Shown piece by piece: positions 57,185 to 59,730 of a stretch of DNA of 59,730 nucleotides. This DNA comes from a virus. Taxonomy: Duplodnaviria > Caudoviricetes. The position numbers were made by a program, and so were the translations under genes. Numbering within the stretch: the first letter of the stretch is position 1; the number at the start of each line of letters is the position of its first letter. The notes under the pieces were generated by a model. That model searched no databases and was not told the DNA's origin. It saw only the letters and a list, made by a program, of their open reading frames with translations. The DNA lies in IMG/VR virus record IMGVR_UViG_3300025396_000017, positions 1 through 59,730 of that record, one strand, 5' to 3'.

Positions 57185-59350
57185 ATGACAACTTTAACTT
57201 ATTCTAGTATCTACCATTATACGGCAAACATTGTTGCCTATAATGCAACCACAAAGATTGCTACTCTGGACCAACCAGTTAACATTTCTTTGGGTGTTAA
57301 TAGTACTTATGGTGATGTGAACTCAAGTTATACAATTCAAGGTAAACTAACCAATGTATCACAGGCCATCAGTCAAGGTGGTCCTGTTGCTCTTTCTACT
57401 GATGAGGCAGGTAACTTTGTAGGTATCTTCAATGTACCACCAAATACTTTCCAGTCCGGTCAAAGAGTGTTCCGTATTGACAACAGAACAGTACCAACAG
57501 ACCAAACTACTGCTACAACATATGCTGAAGCAACATTCACAGCATCTGGTCTAGCCACTACATCACAACAATTAGATTTTGCTCCATCTATTGACTCATC
57601 TTCACAATCATTTACACAAGTCAATCAGACAGCACAACATTTAATCAGTACAATCACAACATATTCACCATATGATCCTGTGGCACAGACATTTATTATC
57701 TCTAAAGATAATTATCCAAATGGTGTGTTTCTAAATTCCGTTAAGTTGTTCTTTGAATCTGCACCAACAGGCAATGAACCAATCACAGTATCAATCATAC
57801 CAACATTGAATGGTTATCCTAACGGTAATGCTTTAGACTATTCTACTGTAACATTAAATGCCAACCAAGTGGTAACGTCTTCTACACCACATTATTTGGA
57901 TGCCAACACATATACCGAATTCATGTTCAAGGCTCCTGTATATGTACAGGCAGGAATCTTATATGCCATTCTAGTACAGGCAAAATCACCTGACTATAAC
58001 CTATACATCGGACAACAAAACCAGATTGCAGTACCGTCTACTGCTAAGTCTCTGCCTTCCGATCCAAACCCAACCAATCCAACAAAGATTGGTGCTGCTC
58101 CATATATCGGTGCTCTATTCGAATCACAGAACTCTATTACCTGGACTGCCGACCAGACCAAGGACTTGATGTTCGTTATCGACCAATGTGTGTTCAACGT
58201 AGGTTCGGCAACAGTACCATTCGTAGTACCACAAGGTTTACCATACAGAAAACTAGGTACACAGGATATCCGTCACAAGTTGGATGCCAATACCGTTTCT
58301 AACGTATATGGTAACTATGCACCAACTACATTAGTGGATGCTATCAACGTATCTACAACAGACTTTGTTCCATCAGGTACAAAAGTTGGTTATGCTTATG
58401 CAACTACATTGAGCAATGGTAATCAACAAACATCACAACAAATCATTACACCAGGTAAGTTAGGTACTCCAACACCTGAGAATGTATACTTGAATGATGG
58501 TCTTGGTGAACGTGTATTGATTCCACAATCTAACAACTCATTCTCATTGTTCGCTACATTGTCCACAACAGACAAGAACGTATCACCTATTATTGCTGAC
58601 GATGGTGTATCATTGTATTCTATCCGTTACTTGATTAATAATATGGGCATCGGTAACAATGTAATCTCTGTTACAAACGGTGGTTATGGTTATAGTAACG
58701 GCAACACAACAGTAACTATTTCTTCACCAGATATTGGTACAGATTTACCTGTATTAGGATTCTCAGCGAACGCTAACGGTGCTATTACTTCTGTATACAC
58801 TAACTATCCAGGTTCTGGTTACTTGACTACACCTACAATTAATGTATACGATTCTACAACCAGAACAACTGGTTCAGCTAATGCTGTTATCTCTGTACAC
58901 GGTGAAACATCACCAACAGGCGGTAACTCATACGCTAAATACTATACTAAGAAGGTTGTATTGGCAGCAGGTCAAGATTCTGGTGACATGAGAGTGTTCC
59001 ATACATCATACAGACCAGTTGGTACAAACATCTATGTGTACTACAAGATTCTAAGTTCACAAGATACATCTACATTTGAATCTGGTTCTTGGCAGTTGAT
59101 GACAACTCTAAGTAATCCAAATGTATACTCAACATCTCGTAACGATTTGATTGACTTTGAGTGTGCTCCAGGTATCTTCAATAGTAATGCAGCAAACAAT
59201 AATATTTCATACACTAATGCAAGTGGTCAAACATTCAATAATTATATTCAATTTGCTGTCAAAGTTGTTCTTGCTTCTACTGACCCAACCAATGTACCGT
59301 TTGTGACATCATTACAAGCACTAGCATTACCAGCAGGAACAGGTATCTAA
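57185..59350 (+). CDS. DUF4815/VrlC-like virion structural protein, C-terminal part
   Basis: DPVAQTF, GVFL..V.LFF, GALFESQN..TW, YYTKKV.L, FAVKVVL. Confidence 0.82.
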   Translation: MTTLTYSSIYHYTANIVAYNATTKIATLDQPVNISLGVNSTYGDVNSSYTIQGKLTNVSQAISQGGPVALSTDEAGNFVGIFNVPPNTFQSGQRVFRIDNRTVPTDQTTATTYAEATFTASGLATTSQQLDFAPSIDSSSQSFTQVNQTAQHLISTITTYSPYDPVAQTFIISKDNYPNGVFLNSVKLFFESAPTGNEPITVSIIPTLNGYPNGNALDYSTVTLNANQVVTSSTPHYLDANTYTEFMFKAPVYVQAGILYAILVQAKSPDYNLYIGQQNQIAVPSTAKSLPSDPNPTNPTKIGAAPYIGALFESQNSITWTADQTKDLMFVIDQCVFNVGSATVPFVVPQGLPYRKLGTQDIRHKLDANTVSNVYGNYAPTTLVDAINVSTTDFVPSGTKVGYAYATTLSNGNQQTSQQIITPGKLGTPTPENVYLNDGLGERVLIPQSNNSFSLFATLSTTDKNVSPIIADDGVSLYSIRYLINNMGIGNNVISVTNGGYGYSNGNTTVTISSPDIGTDLPVLGFSANANGAITSVYTNYPGSGYLTTPTINVYDSTTRTTGSANAVISVHGETSPTGGNSYAKYYTKKVVLAAGQDSGDMRVFHTSYRPVGTNIYVYYKILSSQDTSTFESGSWQLMTTLSNPNVYSTSRNDLIDFECAPGIFNSNAANNNISYTNASGQTFNNYIQFAVKVVLASTDPTNVPFVTSLQALALPAGTGI

Positions 59351-59351
59351 T

Positions 59352-59570
59352 ATGCCACTCGTTAAAGTTCCAGGTACTCCGTTCTTAAGAGACACAACAT
59401 CAATGGCTCTTATCAATACGGACATGACAGAACGTAACGAATATTATAACAAGTTGCGTGTGATTACCAAACAAAAAGAACAAATAAATATGCTTAACGA
59501 TGAGATTACCGAAATCAAAACCGAGATGACCGAAATCAAGCAATTGCTCCAACAATTAATCAGTAAATAA
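59352..59570 (+). CDS. conserved small coiled-coil protein
   Basis: KV.G...LRD..S.ALINT...EIKQLL. Confidence 0.75.
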   Translation: MPLVKVPGTPFLRDTTSMALINTDMTERNEYYNKLRVITKQKEQINMLNDEITEIKTEMTEIKQLLQQLISK

Positions 59571-59572
59571 TA

Positions 59573-59730
59573 ATGGCCAATACCATATCAATTCTAAGCT
59601 ATGCTAACACCTTTGGTGACTTAATTGTTAACACCAATGAACTAGCACAAGAAATCGACAATCTAGGTAAAGGTAATTATACCAAAGATACTGGTCTTTT
59701 GACATTAAATGGTTCAGGTTACGGTCTACA
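59573..59730 (+). CDS. structural/fibre protein (partial)
   Basis: MANTISILSYANTFGDLIVNTN..., open to window end. Confidence 0.6.
   Translation, partial: MANTISILSYANTFGDLIVNTNELAQEIDNLGKGNYTKDTGLLTLNGSGYGL

Noticed and set aside
1-59730. Stop-codon reassignment or a diversity-generating retroelement
   Set aside because: Core genes are intact in the standard code; no reverse transcriptase or template/variable repeat pair seen

Overview
A 59.7-kb segment of a large T4-like myovirus genome, standard genetic code; host is probably a betaproteobacterium (inferred from the tmRNA tag and host-like rubrerythrin). 1-21.8 kb is an early accessory region of small ORFs behind repeated sigma70-type promoters, with a transcription divergence point near 650-850. 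21.8-31.8 kb holds auxiliary and replication genes: homospermidine synthase, DenV-like glycosylase, phoH, exonuclease, an HNH homing endonuclease, a permuted two-piece tmRNA, an outer-membrane beta-barrel, gp33, gp59, gp32 and rubrerythrin/rubredoxin. 31.8-59.7 kb is the tail/baseplate module (gp26/51, 54, 2, 4, 48, 53, split gp5, 25, 6, 7, 8, DUF4815-type protein). Best leads: (1) a very acidic first early gene in a 435-nt stretch with no GG or CC dinucleotide (candidate motif-immune DNA-mimic anti-defence gene); (2) a virion protein split by a Hedgehog-like Hint domain lacking the terminal His-Asn; (3) a cluster of DnaA boxes beside oriented AGGT repeats; (4) an apparent programmed -1 frameshift joining gp26 and gp51; (5) homospermidine synthase with a T4 capsid-targeting-like N-terminus; (6) two palindrome classes each exactly 6 bp upstream of early -35 boxes. 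All family calls are by motif recognition and synteny, without database searches.
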